This document shows positions 7,644-16,565 of a stretch of 64,000 bases of DNA, in pieces (the first letter of the stretch is position 1; each line of letters begins with the position of its first letter). A model generated the notes under the pieces. It was not told where the DNA came from. It did not search any database and saw nothing but the letters and a program-made list of their open reading frames with translations. Source of the stretch: Candidatus Aenigmatarchaeota archaeon (GTDB lineage Archaea > Aenigmatarchaeota > Aenigmatarchaeia > CG10238-14 > SCSR01); NCBI GenBank assembly GCA_016198705.1, contig JACQIA010000002.1, forward strand, positions 1,521-65,520, read 5' to 3'. A program made the translations under genes and the position numbers.

Positions 7644-8777
7644 ATGTTCGGTCTTTTAAAAAAGAAATTATCAAAAGTAGTCGAATCCATTTCTGATAAA
7701 TTAAAAAAGAAGGATGCGGCTGCAGAAAAAATCGAAGAAGTAATTGAGCAAGCAGAAGATAAAAAGCCGGAAGAAATTTTAGAGCAAATCGAACCAGTAA
7801 AAGAAGAAATACCAGAAATAATTGAAGAAATAAAATCAGGTTTGGCAGAAAGCAAGAAAAAACCAGAAGAAACCAAATCTATTTTCAAAAAAATAAAAGA
7901 AAAAATAAAGAAAACATTGGTTGAAAAGACATTAACAGAGAAAGATTTGTTGCCTATTCTAGATGCTTTGGAGGTTGATTTGATAGAAGCAGATGTTGCA
8001 GTTGAAGTTGTGGTAAAAATAAAGCAAAGTTTGATAGAATCATTGGCTGGGAAAGAAATTAAGAAAGGCAAAGACAAGGAAATTGTTGCTAGCGCATTAA
8101 GGGAAAGTTTGTTGAAAATACTAGACGTTAAAGAGCTGGATTTAGAGGAGTTAATAAGACAAAAAAAGCCTTTAGTTTTGCTGTTCTTGGGCTTCAATGG
8201 CTCAGGTAAGACAACTTCATTGGCAAAATTTGGTAAAATGCTTAAGGATAAGGGCTATACTTGTGTCTTTGCCGCTTGCGATACATTTCGTGCAGCATCT
8301 ATCGAGCAGTTGGAAGAGCATGCGGGAAAAATAGGAGTTAAAATAATCAAGCACAAATATGGCGCTGACCCCGCCGCTGTATTATTTGATGCAATTGCTC
8401 ATGCCAAAGCAAATAACGTTGATGTGGTGTTGGCTGATACAGCCGGACGGGCCCATACAAACAGAAATTTGATGGAGCAGATGCAAAAAATCGTCAGAGT
8501 TAATAAGCCAGATTTGAAAATTCTTGTCATAGACTCTTTAACAGGGAACGATGCAATTACGCAGGCTAGAATTTTTAATGAGGCGGGTGTTGACGCATCA
8601 ATATTCACGAAAGTTGATGTGAACGAGAAGGGCGGGGCAATCCTGTCAGTCACTTATGAATTAAGCAAGCCCATTTTATTCTTAGGCTTGGGGCAGGAAT
8701 ACAATGATTTGGAGAAGTTTGACAAGGAAAAATTCGTCAGTAGTTTACTTGGGGAAAATCTTAAAAGTTCCAGTTAA
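7644..8777 (+). CDS. ftsY: Signal recognition particle receptor FtsY
   Basis: NG-domain motifs GFNGSGKTTS, DTAGR, TKVD..GGAIL; the N-terminus is acidic. Confidence 0.9.
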   Translation: MFGLLKKKLSKVVESISDKLKKKDAAAEKIEEVIEQAEDKKPEEILEQIEPVKEEIPEIIEEIKSGLAESKKKPEETKSIFKKIKEKIKKTLVEKTLTEKDLLPILDALEVDLIEADVAVEVVVKIKQSLIESLAGKEIKKGKDKEIVASALRESLLKILDVKELDLEELIRQKKPLVLLFLGFNGSGKTTSLAKFGKMLKDKGYTCVFAACDTFRAASIEQLEEHAGKIGVKIIKHKYGADPAAVLFDAIAHAKANNVDVVLADTAGRAHTNRNLMEQMQKIVRVNKPDLKILVIDSLTGNDAITQARIFNEAGVDASIFTKVDVNEKGGAILSVTYELSKPILFLGLGQEYNDLEKFDKEKFVSSLLGENLKSSS

Positions 8778-8790
8778 TTAGTTTTTAATT

Positions 8791-10116
8791 ATGTTGAATA
8801 GCCTAAGCAAAGGACTGGGAAACCTAATAAGGAAATTAATTACAGGCACAACTATCGATAAGGTCGCAGTAGAAGAAACCCTCCGCGATATGGAAACAAT
8901 ATTATTGCAATCCGATGTTGACGTAAATCTAACAGGAGAACTTTTGGCAAATATAAGGAAAAAATGTTTGGACGAAAAGATTCCTCCAGGTTTAACTCTA
9001 AGGGAACATGTTTTGAAGGTAATTTACGAAGAGCTAATAAGACTTTTGGGTGAAAAACCCGTAGGTTTATTGGGCAAAAGAAAAATAATGCTCGTGGGTT
9101 TGTTTGGGTCAGGTAAAACTACTACGGCCGGTAAACTCGGCAAGTATTTCTTGAAACAGGGATTGAAGCCAGTTTTTATAGGATTGGACTACCACCGCCC
9201 CGCTGCGGCAGATCAAATAATGCAGATAGGTAAACAAATTGGTATACCTGCATACGTCGAAGATAACAAGGATCCCTATTCAACTGCAAAAAATGCATTA
9301 GAAAAATTCGCTAAAAACGATGTTTTAATTTTCGATACAGCTGGCAGGAATGCTTTGGATATAGAATTGGCTGATGAACTGAAGAAATTAGGCGAAATAA
9401 TAAAACCTGATGAAGTGGTTTTAGTAATCCCTGCCGATTTGGGAAAAGTTGCTAAGCAGCAATCAGAAGAATTTCACAAATTGGTTGGGATAACCGGTGT
9501 GATAATAACCAAGATGGATGGAACTGCCAAGGCTGGCGGGGCGCTTGCAGCTACTTCAACAACAGGCGCTAAGGTAAAGTTCATTGGTGTTGGAGAGAAG
9601 ATAGAAGATTTGGAATTGTACGATCCAACTAGATTTGTTTCAAGGTTGCTTGGACTGGGTGATTTGCAGACATTGCTTGAAAAGGCAAAAGAAGTGGAGA
9701 TTAAGAAAGAATCTGTGGAGAAAATCGCAGAAGGAAAATTTACGCTGCAAGACTTTTACGAGCAGATAGAAGCCATGGGAAAGATGGGGCCATTGAGCCA
9801 GATTGCGAATATGATTCCTGGTATGGGGATGATGAAATTGCCGGAGGGTATGCTGGAAAAGCAGGAGGGAAAATTGAAGTCATTCAAAATTATAATCCAG
9901 AGCATGACAAAAGAAGAACGCGAGTATCCTGAAATTATCAATAATAAAAGAATTGCTAGAATAGCCAAGGGTTCTGGCAGAAGTGAAGCTGATGTAAGGG
10001 AACTGCTGACCCAATACAACCAGATGAAGAAGCTGTTCAAGTCTATGGGTGGAATGAAGGGTTTGCAAAGAGGGGCACTCAAAAATATATCAAAACAGTT
10101 TGGGTTTAAATTCTAA
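8791..10116 (+). CDS. srp54: Signal recognition particle protein SRP54
   Basis: GLFGSGKTTT, DTAGR, TKMDGTAKAGGAL, and a Met-rich M-domain (GMGMMKLPEGM). Confidence 0.9.
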   Translation: MLNSLSKGLGNLIRKLITGTTIDKVAVEETLRDMETILLQSDVDVNLTGELLANIRKKCLDEKIPPGLTLREHVLKVIYEELIRLLGEKPVGLLGKRKIMLVGLFGSGKTTTAGKLGKYFLKQGLKPVFIGLDYHRPAAADQIMQIGKQIGIPAYVEDNKDPYSTAKNALEKFAKNDVLIFDTAGRNALDIELADELKKLGEIIKPDEVVLVIPADLGKVAKQQSEEFHKLVGITGVIITKMDGTAKAGGALAATSTTGAKVKFIGVGEKIEDLELYDPTRFVSRLLGLGDLQTLLEKAKEVEIKKESVEKIAEGKFTLQDFYEQIEAMGKMGPLSQIANMIPGMGMMKLPEGMLEKQEGKLKSFKIIIQSMTKEEREYPEIINNKRIARIAKGSGRSEADVRELLTQYNQMKKLFKSMGGMKGLQRGALKNISKQFGFKF

Positions 10117-10133
10117 TTTCATGAAATCAATTT

Positions 10134-11369
10134 ATGAAATTTCCTGTGGAAGTTCTTGAACAGGCAAAAAATCGAGAAAAACTGCTCGAAATCCTGATAA
10201 ATGGACTGTGTTTAAACTGTTTGGGGCGCCAATTCGGGATGCTGGGGCATGGCTTGACTAATGCCGAGCGGGGGAAAATTTTAAGGGAATTTGCAAATAA
10301 ATTAAATAAATCCGAATTTAAAGAGCCAGACGTTTGCAATATGTGCAACAATTTCTTTAAAAACCGCATAGGCAAAATTGCCAATTCTATTGCCAAAAAA
10401 CTAGGCGATATAGAATTCAACACTTTTTTAATAGGGTCTATAATCTCAAGAGAAGTCGCTAGAAGGCAAGAGGAATTATGGGAGCGAATAGGAATCGAAG
10501 ATGTGGAGCCGATTAAATCTGAAATAAATAGGGAACTTGGGAAAATATTAGAAAAATTAACTGGAAAAAAGTTTGATTTGAAAAATCCCGATATAACGAT
10601 AGTAGTTGATTTGGATACTGATAACATAAGGCTGCAGATAAGGAATTTGTTTGTCTACGGCAAATATCAAAAATTAGTTAGGGGTATACCGCAAACCAAA
10701 TGGATATGCAGCAGGTGCAGTGGCAAAGGATGCACTTTCTGCAAGGGTGAAGGCAAGCTGTATCCTACCTCTGTCCAAGAGATTGTAGAGAAGCCTTTGA
10801 TAAAGGCGACTAACAGCAAAAGTTCTGCTTTCCATGGTGCCGGTAGGGCAGACATAGATGCTAGGGAGTTAGACTACAGGCCGTTTGTGCTAGAATTGAT
10901 AAGGCCAACCATAAGGAAGCTGGATTTAAAAAAGATGGAAAAGCAAATAAACAAATCTAAAAAGGCCAAAGTTACAAGTTTGAAATTAATCAAAGAAGGC
11001 AAATATATTATACGAAAATTGAAGACTGACAGGATTGACAAGACATATCTCGCAGAGGTTGAGTTTAAGCAAGACATAGACAAGAAGAAGTTGAAGTTGG
11101 TTAAAGGAATCATCAAAGAGCCTATCATCCAAAAAACTCCCCTCCGTGTTGTCCACAGAAGGGCTGATAAGTTCAGAAAGCGTTTAGTCAAAGCAATTTC
11201 CTATAAACAATTGGCCAATCGTAGACTGCAATTGAAGATAAGGGCTGAAGCTGGGCTGTACATCAAAGAATTGATAAGCGGGGACGATGGCAGAACTAAG
11301 CCCAACATTTCGGAGATACTTGGCAATAATGTTAAAAAGATAAAGTTAGATGTTATAAAGATTGGATGA
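10134..11369 (+). CDS. pus10: tRNA pseudouridine synthase Pus10 (psi54/55)
   Basis: N-terminal Zn-binding CLNC / CNMCNNFF; catalytic region HGAGRADIDARELDYRPFVLELI resembles the Pus10 GREDVDVR-GRPF core; 411 aa. Confidence 0.6.
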   Translation: MKFPVEVLEQAKNREKLLEILINGLCLNCLGRQFGMLGHGLTNAERGKILREFANKLNKSEFKEPDVCNMCNNFFKNRIGKIANSIAKKLGDIEFNTFLIGSIISREVARRQEELWERIGIEDVEPIKSEINRELGKILEKLTGKKFDLKNPDITIVVDLDTDNIRLQIRNLFVYGKYQKLVRGIPQTKWICSRCSGKGCTFCKGEGKLYPTSVQEIVEKPLIKATNSKSSAFHGAGRADIDARELDYRPFVLELIRPTIRKLDLKKMEKQINKSKKAKVTSLKLIKEGKYIIRKLKTDRIDKTYLAEVEFKQDIDKKKLKLVKGIIKEPIIQKTPLRVVHRRADKFRKRLVKAISYKQLANRRLQLKIRAEAGLYIKELISGDDGRTKPNISEILGNNVKKIKLDVIKIG

Positions 11370-11454
11370 TGTATAGATTACTTACACAGCTTTATTGAAT
11401 TTCTGATGATTTAAAGATTTAAATAGTTAATAACCGTAATTTTTGGTGATATAA

Positions 11455-12207
11455 ATGGTAATGTACTTTCAAACCGCCTTCGAAAGACGACCTCAACCTC
11501 CTGATTGGAATGTTATCACAAGAGATCAGCGTCAACAAGAACTTCTAAGTGTTGGGCAAAGAGTTGCTCAAGAGTTAAATGTAAAAGAAGTTAGATATCA
11601 AGATTATCATAAGTCATACGTGGGTATCACCTTTTATATTAGTCCTGTAAAAGGTCAGTGTAATTATGCTTCCGACGACGATGGGCATTATTATACGATA
11701 CCCGTTGATGATTTCGATCCTTTAAACTTAGACATAATGAAAGCAAAGTTAAAATGGAATCCTCCTTACGAGGTTGATGTAGGCGGCGTAAGTCATAACC
11801 TTGAAACAGGAGTAATGCATCTACGCGTTAGTGTTGCTGTTGGTGAAGAGGAAACATTGGTTTATCGAGGTAGAGGTACGTATGAAGAATTAAAAGAGCA
11901 GGGCTTGGTAAGAAAAGTAGGAGAATCTTATGCACCACTTCCTAATATTGTGTTATCCAAGCATAGAGAAAGAACTACAAAGACTAGAGGATTCTTAGGA
12001 TTTGGCCAGCGAGAAAGACAAGAAACAATTTACGAAGCTAAAGAGAGAACAATTGAACCTGTAAAAGCACATATTGGTGTTTCAGCTGATGGAAGTGTAT
12101 CTGTAGATGGAAGATTTTTACAAAATGAAAATGTGCAAAGAGCATTAGATATTATTGTCGAAGAGTTATTTGGGCTGGATATAAAAACTAAAACCCCTGT
12201 TTCATGA
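11455..12207 (+). CDS. Hypothetical protein, 250 aa, compositionally atypical (Arg/Gln/Glu-rich, Lys-poor)
   Basis: Complete ORF with no recognised motif; it sits between pus10 and rpl21e, and its protein composition differs from its neighbours. Confidence 0.4.
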   Translation: MVMYFQTAFERRPQPPDWNVITRDQRQQELLSVGQRVAQELNVKEVRYQDYHKSYVGITFYISPVKGQCNYASDDDGHYYTIPVDDFDPLNLDIMKAKLKWNPPYEVDVGGVSHNLETGVMHLRVSVAVGEEETLVYRGRGTYEELKEQGLVRKVGESYAPLPNIVLSKHRERTTKTRGFLGFGQRERQETIYEAKERTIEPVKAHIGVSADGSVSVDGRFLQNENVQRALDIIVEELFGLDIKTKTPVS

Positions 12208-12331
12208 AATCCAGTATAAGCTTCTTGTTCCCTTCCGGTATTTTCACCGATTCCCTCAATCTTTTTAAGTCTGTCCGCAGATGTAATTTATAGTAGTTGG
12301 GTCTTTCATAGAATACATACAAAGTGAGTTT

Positions 12332-12616
12332 ATGACTAATAAATCCAGAGGCTTTAGGCAATCAACCAGGAAAAAATTGCGCCAAAAACCCTCATTTAGG
12401 CCTCCGATTACGAAATTTCTACGAGAATTCAATGAAGGGCAAAATGTGGTTATCGAACTAGAGCCTTCTAGTCAGAAAGGAATGCCATTTCCAAGATTCA
12501 AGGGCAAAATAGGGAAGGTTATTGGTAAAAACGGCAGGAGCTATATAGTTGAGCTGTTTGACGGCAGGAAGATGAAAAAGATTACCTCAAGACCAGAACA
12601 CCTGAAAGCCATCTGA
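12332..12616 (+). CDS. rpl21e: Ribosomal protein L21e
   Basis: SSQKGMPFPRFKGKIGKVIG compared with L21e QKGMPHKxYHGKTGRV; 94 aa. Confidence 0.8.
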   Translation: MTNKSRGFRQSTRKKLRQKPSFRPPITKFLREFNEGQNVVIELEPSSQKGMPFPRFKGKIGKVIGKNGRSYIVELFDGRKMKKITSRPEHLKAI

Positions 12617-12650
12617 TTTATATGCTATAACTGTAAATAAGAAATGTGAT

Positions 12651-12977
12651 ATGATGGAGATAGTAAGCGAGCAAATCGTAACCGATTCAGAGGCCAAAGA
12701 ATTGCTAGAAAAGAATGCAGATGGGGAGTTGAAGTATGAGCAGAAGAATGCAATCGAGATTTTAAGGAAGTTCATTGCTGTGCCAACGGATAAAATCAAG
12801 GCCTTGATGGAGGACTTGAATAAAATAGAAAAATTAAGGGACAGGCACATAATTTCTATTGTTAATTTTTTACCTGAAGATAAAGAAGACTTGAGGGTAA
12901 TTTTGCATAAGGAATACGCAACATTTACAGAAGACGAACTAAATCTAATCCTTGAAACTGTGAAAAAAACTGTTTAA
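12651..12977 (+). CDS. rpoF: RNA polymerase subunit Rpo4/F (probable)
   Basis: 108-aa acidic helical protein lying between rpl21e and DUF655, the conserved archaeal L21e-RpoF-DUF655 cluster. The call rests on context and size. Confidence 0.5.
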   Translation: MMEIVSEQIVTDSEAKELLEKNADGELKYEQKNAIEILRKFIAVPTDKIKALMEDLNKIEKLRDRHIISIVNFLPEDKEDLRVILHKEYATFTEDELNLILETVKKTV

Positions 12978-12982
12978 AGCAT

Positions 12983-13546
12983 TTGGTGAAACAAATGATA
13001 GCAAAAGACGATTACGTGATAGTTTTAGATTTTTTGCAGCATGGCAAACCATCTGATAGGCGTGCAGAGCCAGTGGCTCAATGCGTTGGCGATAAGTTTT
13101 TCAACTTGCTGGAGGTTGCTATAAAAGATGATGTTGCTGTCAAGACAAAAGACAGGCTTTACATCGGCGAAAGCAAGCGGGATCAGGTGAAATACATACG
13201 TGGTAGGATTAATTACAGTGAATTGACGTCGTATGCCAAAGACAGCATACAGGAGGTTGTGGTTGAGTTGGTTCAAAATGATGAGAAAAGATTTGTGGAA
13301 TTTTTCAATAAATCTAGTTCCCTAACTACACGAATGCATTCATTAGAACTGTTGCCTGGGATAGGAAAATCCCATCTATGGGATATCTTAAATGAACGAA
13401 AGAAGAAGCCATTCGAAACTTTCAAGGATGTCCAAGATAGGGTGTCTATGCTGCCTGACCCTAAGAAGATGATAATAAAGAGAATTTTCAATGAATTTGA
13501 AGGAAAGGACAGGCATAGGTTGTTTGTTGCTAGCACTATGTTATAA
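12983..13546 (+). CDS. DUF655-family RNA-binding protein (HhH)
   Basis: The N-terminus DDYVIVLDFLQHGKP compares with DUF655 YAYVLDYLPxG; it is the third gene of the conserved trio. Confidence 0.6.
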   Translation: MVKQMIAKDDYVIVLDFLQHGKPSDRRAEPVAQCVGDKFFNLLEVAIKDDVAVKTKDRLYIGESKRDQVKYIRGRINYSELTSYAKDSIQEVVVELVQNDEKRFVEFFNKSSSLTTRMHSLELLPGIGKSHLWDILNERKKKPFETFKDVQDRVSMLPDPKKMIIKRIFNEFEGKDRHRLFVASTML

Positions 13547-13560
13547 GCTATATTGATTGT

Positions 13561-14571
13561 ATGCCAATAGAAGCAATAAAAAAATATTCGGAAATGATTT
13601 TGGACGCATGGGATATAACAAATAAATCTCAATTGCCGGCTTACGAATTTGACAAGATTTTGATTTGCGGCATTGGCGGTTCTGGCATTGGGGGATTGTT
13701 GCTAAAGGATTTGTTGAGGGATAAACTAGAATATCCGGTAGAGGTTTTTAGCGATTACACGCTGCCTTATTATGCCGATGACAAGACCCTGGTTTTTTGC
13801 GTTAGCTATTCCGGCAATACAGAAGAAACACTAAGCCAATTCGTCGAAGCATTTCGAAGAGGGAGTAAGATAATATGCATATCGTCTAACGGGAAGTTGC
13901 AGGAATGGTGCGGGAAATTAAAACTGCCATTTGTTAAGTTGCCTGGAGGCCATTTGCCTAGGGAGGCTCTGCCTTATTTGTTCATGCCAATGGTCGCTTA
14001 CCTGCAGAAGATACAAGCGATAGATTTGAAGAAAGATGTGCAGGAGGCTGTTAAATTGCTTAGGGAGTTGAACTTGAATCACTACTATAAGATGGCTGGT
14101 AGTTTTAGAAATGCCATTCCTTTGATTTATACTTCAAATAAATTTACTGCAGTAGCTAAAAGGATGCAGAATCAATTCAATGAAAACAGCAAAGTGCCTG
14201 CGAAGCATGAAATATTGCCTGAGTTGAATCATAACGAGATTAATGCGTTTCAGGATAAGGCATTGAACAAGAATTTCTCTATGCTGCTTTTGAGAGATGA
14301 GAGTGATAGTGAGCAGATTAAAGCAAGATTTGATTTGACGAGAAAACTGGCTGAAAATAGAGTGAAGAATGTGAATGAGATTTTTGCGAAAGGGCAATCG
14401 CTATTGGCGAGGATGATGAATTTAATTGCCATAGGCGATTATTTGAGTTACAAGTTGGCTGAGGCAAATAATGTTGATTCTGTTGAAGTGAAGAATAATG
14501 ATATATTGAAGTCTGAGTTGAAGAAGAAGTTTGATTTAGTTAAGAAATTGGAAAGGGAATTAGTGCTTTGA
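13561..14571 (+). CDS. SIS-domain sugar isomerase, probably bifunctional phosphoglucose/phosphomannose isomerase
   Basis: ICGIGGSGIGGLLL and SYSGNTEET SIS motifs; 336 aa. Confidence 0.55.
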   Translation: MPIEAIKKYSEMILDAWDITNKSQLPAYEFDKILICGIGGSGIGGLLLKDLLRDKLEYPVEVFSDYTLPYYADDKTLVFCVSYSGNTEETLSQFVEAFRRGSKIICISSNGKLQEWCGKLKLPFVKLPGGHLPREALPYLFMPMVAYLQKIQAIDLKKDVQEAVKLLRELNLNHYYKMAGSFRNAIPLIYTSNKFTAVAKRMQNQFNENSKVPAKHEILPELNHNEINAFQDKALNKNFSMLLLRDESDSEQIKARFDLTRKLAENRVKNVNEIFAKGQSLLARMMNLIAIGDYLSYKLAEANNVDSVEVKNNDILKSELKKKFDLVKKLERELVL

Positions 14572-14772
14572 ACCCCTTGCTGCTATAGCTACGGATATCC
14601 ATAGCAAGCCTCCAATCAAAAATAGCATTATCGAAATGACTAGAGCCAGAATAAATCCCATCTCGTCAACTCCCGGTGAAATATCCAACCTCCCAGATAT
14701 CATCGATCCTAATAAAATCGATATTGAGCCGAAAATCCATAGAATAGCAGTCTTCCAGCTTCTTAGAGGCAT
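14560..14772 (-). CDS. Small two-helix membrane protein (hypothetical)
   Basis: 70-aa hydrophobic ORF; weak support. Confidence 0.25.
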   Translation of the reverse strand: MPLRSWKTAILWIFGSISILLGSMISGRLDISPGVDEMGFILALVISIMLFLIGGLLWISVAIAARGSKH

Positions 14773-14814
14773 AAATTAAGTTTGCTTTGTCAGAATAAAA
14801 ACTTCTCACTCATT

Positions 14815-15072
14815 CTAGATTGTCCTAGTAACTTCCACTACTTCAATTTCCCCAACATCGTCCACAGATTTTAACTTATTCTCTATTGCATCCACCTGCC
14901 CTTCAGAATCTTCAACCAGCTTTGAAACTCTTAAAGCAACCAATCCAAAAGCAATAGGTTCTCTGACTATTCTATCCGGCTTTATTAATGATTTGATTTT
15001 ACCTTCCAACTTATCCAAATCTATACCAGCCTCTTTAGGCATGACTTTTAAAGTAACAAGAACTTGAGACAT
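14815..15072 (-). CDS. ef1b: Translation elongation factor aEF-1 beta
   Basis: MSQVLVTLKVMPKEAGIDLDKLEGKIK compares with the aEF-1beta start MSDVxxxxKVMPESxDVDLExL; 85 aa. Confidence 0.8.
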   Translation of the reverse strand: MSQVLVTLKVMPKEAGIDLDKLEGKIKSLIKPDRIVREPIAFGLVALRVSKLVEDSEGQVDAIENKLKSVDDVGEIEVVEVTRTI

Positions 15073-15073
15073 T

Positions 15074-15232
15074 TCAAGGACCTAGGAACTTGCATTTACT
15101 GCAGCTATATTTAGAACTTAAATTCTTGCAATTCGCACATCTGACAATTTCCGCTTGGCCGCAATCAGGACAGTTGAAGCGGATGAAATTAGTTTTTACC
15201 AAAGTATTTACATTGCACGTACTGCATCTCAT
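15074..15232 (-). CDS. Zn-ribbon protein of the COG2888 type, co-operonic with aEF-1beta
   Basis: Own translation: MRCSTCNVNTLVKTNFIRFNCPDCGQAEIVRCANCKNLSSKYSCSKCKFLGP (52 aa, four CxxC pairs). ATG at 15230-15232 and TGA at 15074-15076, 1 nt upstream of the ef1b start; below the ORF-track size cut-off. Confidence 0.6.
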   Translation of the reverse strand: MRCSTCNVNTLVKTNFIRFNCPDCGQAEIVRCANCKNLSSKYSCSKCKFLGP

Positions 15233-15286
15233 TACATCACTTGGTTTAATTAAGTTAAAATCGTTAATTTTAATAGATTACTAAAG

Positions 15287-15372
15287 CCCCTGTCGTCTAA
15301 CCTGGACCAGGACACAAAACCTGTGTAACCCTGCGGAGGTTGGAATCCGAGTTCAAATCTCGGCGGGGGCAT
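15287..15372 (+). tRNA. tRNA, 86 nt (no encoded CCA), intron-containing. Best-fitting model is tRNA-Arg(GCG) with an 11-nt non-canonical intron between positions 29/30 (15319-15329)
   Basis: Acceptor GCCCCTG/CGGGGGC, one G-U pair; discriminator A. T-arm CCGAG-TTCAAAT-CTCGG; D-arm GTCT/GGAC with GG in an 11-nt D-loop. Removing AACCTGTGTAA yields anticodon stem CAACC/GGTTG and loop CTGCGGA (U33, GCG, A38), mature length 75 nt. A Tyr(GTA) alternative with a 7-nt canonical intron fits worse (3 extra nt, G1-C72). Confidence 0.6.
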
Positions 15373-16286
15373 CAATTCTTCAACTTAACCTTCATAAAAT
15401 CGTATGCAACTTTAGAATTAGGAAATACAACTTTAGCTTCATCCTCCAATGGCTTTGTATCAGTATATCTTCTGCTGACATGTGTTATAATCAACTGCTT
15501 GACATCAGCTTTTTTAGCCACCTCCGCCGCTTCTTTAGCTGTAGCATGATACTTCCCCCTCTCCTTATCTTCATCCAAGAATGTAGCATCATGTATCAGC
15601 AAATCCCCCTCTTTAGCAATTTTTACAACATTCTTACACACTTTGGTGTCACCTGTATAGACAACCTTTAATCCAGATTTAGAATTAGCAACTTCTGTTA
15701 TCGTGATGATCTTATTTTTATATTCAGCCTTGCCCTCCTTCTTCAATTTCTTCAACCAATATCCCCTCTTCAACCCCAATTCCTTCAATTTAGCAACATC
15801 AATATTCCATTTGTCCTTCTCTTTAAAGCAGTAAGCGGCAGAAGGAACCGTATGCAACGTTGGTATTGACAACACCTCATATTCGCTTGAGTCTAAAATT
15901 TTAGTTATCTCCTCCCCTTCAAATGGGACATTCACCGCTTCTATAGGAAACCTAAGACCGAAATACCCTAAATCAACTATATCCGCAACAAACCTTTCTG
16001 CCTCTGGCGCAAAAATCTTCAATTCCTTCTTTCTCTTTTCTAAATTCATGGTTTGAATCAAAGGAATTAGCCCAGCAAAATGGTCAGCATGCCAATGGCT
16101 GATAAAAATCTTATCTATATCCATAAAATTAATCCCAGCCAGCAACAATTGCTTCTGCGTCCCCTCGCCACAGTCAAAAAGCAATGTATCCTTTTCCTCG
16201 CCATAGTATTCCAAAATTATAGCTGAGTGATTCCTGTCTTTGCTCGGTATGCCAGATACAGTGCCCAAAAACGTGATTTCAATCAT
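15372..16286 (-). CDS. rnz: Ribonuclease Z (tRNA 3' endonuclease), short form
   Basis: Metallo-beta-lactamase motif ISHWHADH; 304 aa; directly abuts the tRNA. Confidence 0.8.
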   Translation of the reverse strand: MIEITFLGTVSGIPSKDRNHSAIILEYYGEEKDTLLFDCGEGTQKQLLLAGINFMDIDKIFISHWHADHFAGLIPLIQTMNLEKRKKELKIFAPEAERFVADIVDLGYFGLRFPIEAVNVPFEGEEITKILDSSEYEVLSIPTLHTVPSAAYCFKEKDKWNIDVAKLKELGLKRGYWLKKLKKEGKAEYKNKIITITEVANSKSGLKVVYTGDTKVCKNVVKIAKEGDLLIHDATFLDEDKERGKYHATAKEAAEVAKKADVKQLIITHVSRRYTDTKPLEDEAKVVFPNSKVAYDFMKVKLKN

Positions 16287-16362
16287 ATTATTATTTCACT
16301 CCTAAAATTAAAGAAATACAGCTAATGAAAGATATAAGTTGAGTTAAAATAAATCAATTAAC

Positions 16363-16563
16363 ATGGGCTATGCTCTACCGATGTTGTTGCTTGCTATAGT
16401 AATTTTCATTAACGCCTATTTTTTCTTCTTCTCCGGCGATGCCTACCTGAGTAGTTTGATATCTGGTGCGAAGGACCAAACTTTGCTAATTTTTGTAGTA
16501 ATTTTTGCAGTAATAATTTTCATAATATTGATTATGGCTTTTGCCATACCACGCCGTTACTGA
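16363..16563 (+). CDS. Small membrane protein (hypothetical)
   Basis: 66-aa hydrophobic ORF. Confidence 0.25.
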   Translation: MGYALPMLLLAIVIFINAYFFFFSGDAYLSSLISGAKDQTLLIFVVIFAVIIFIILIMAFAIPRRY

Positions 16564-16565
16564 GG

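Noticed and set aside
7640-8197. 185-aa minus-strand ORF and other antisense ORFs inside ftsY, srp54, ileS, alaS, leuS, hppA
   Set aside because: All lie antisense to strongly supported conserved genes and translate to low-complexity Ser/Phe/Ile-rich sequence typical of AT-rich antisense frames.
15287-15372. tRNA-Tyr(GTA) with a 7-nt intron at 37/38
   Set aside because: It leaves three unexplained nucleotides between the D-stem and anticodon stem, gives G32/G38, and the 1-72 pair is G-C whereas archaeal tRNA-Tyr uses C1-G72. The 29/30-intron Arg(GCG) model is cleaner.
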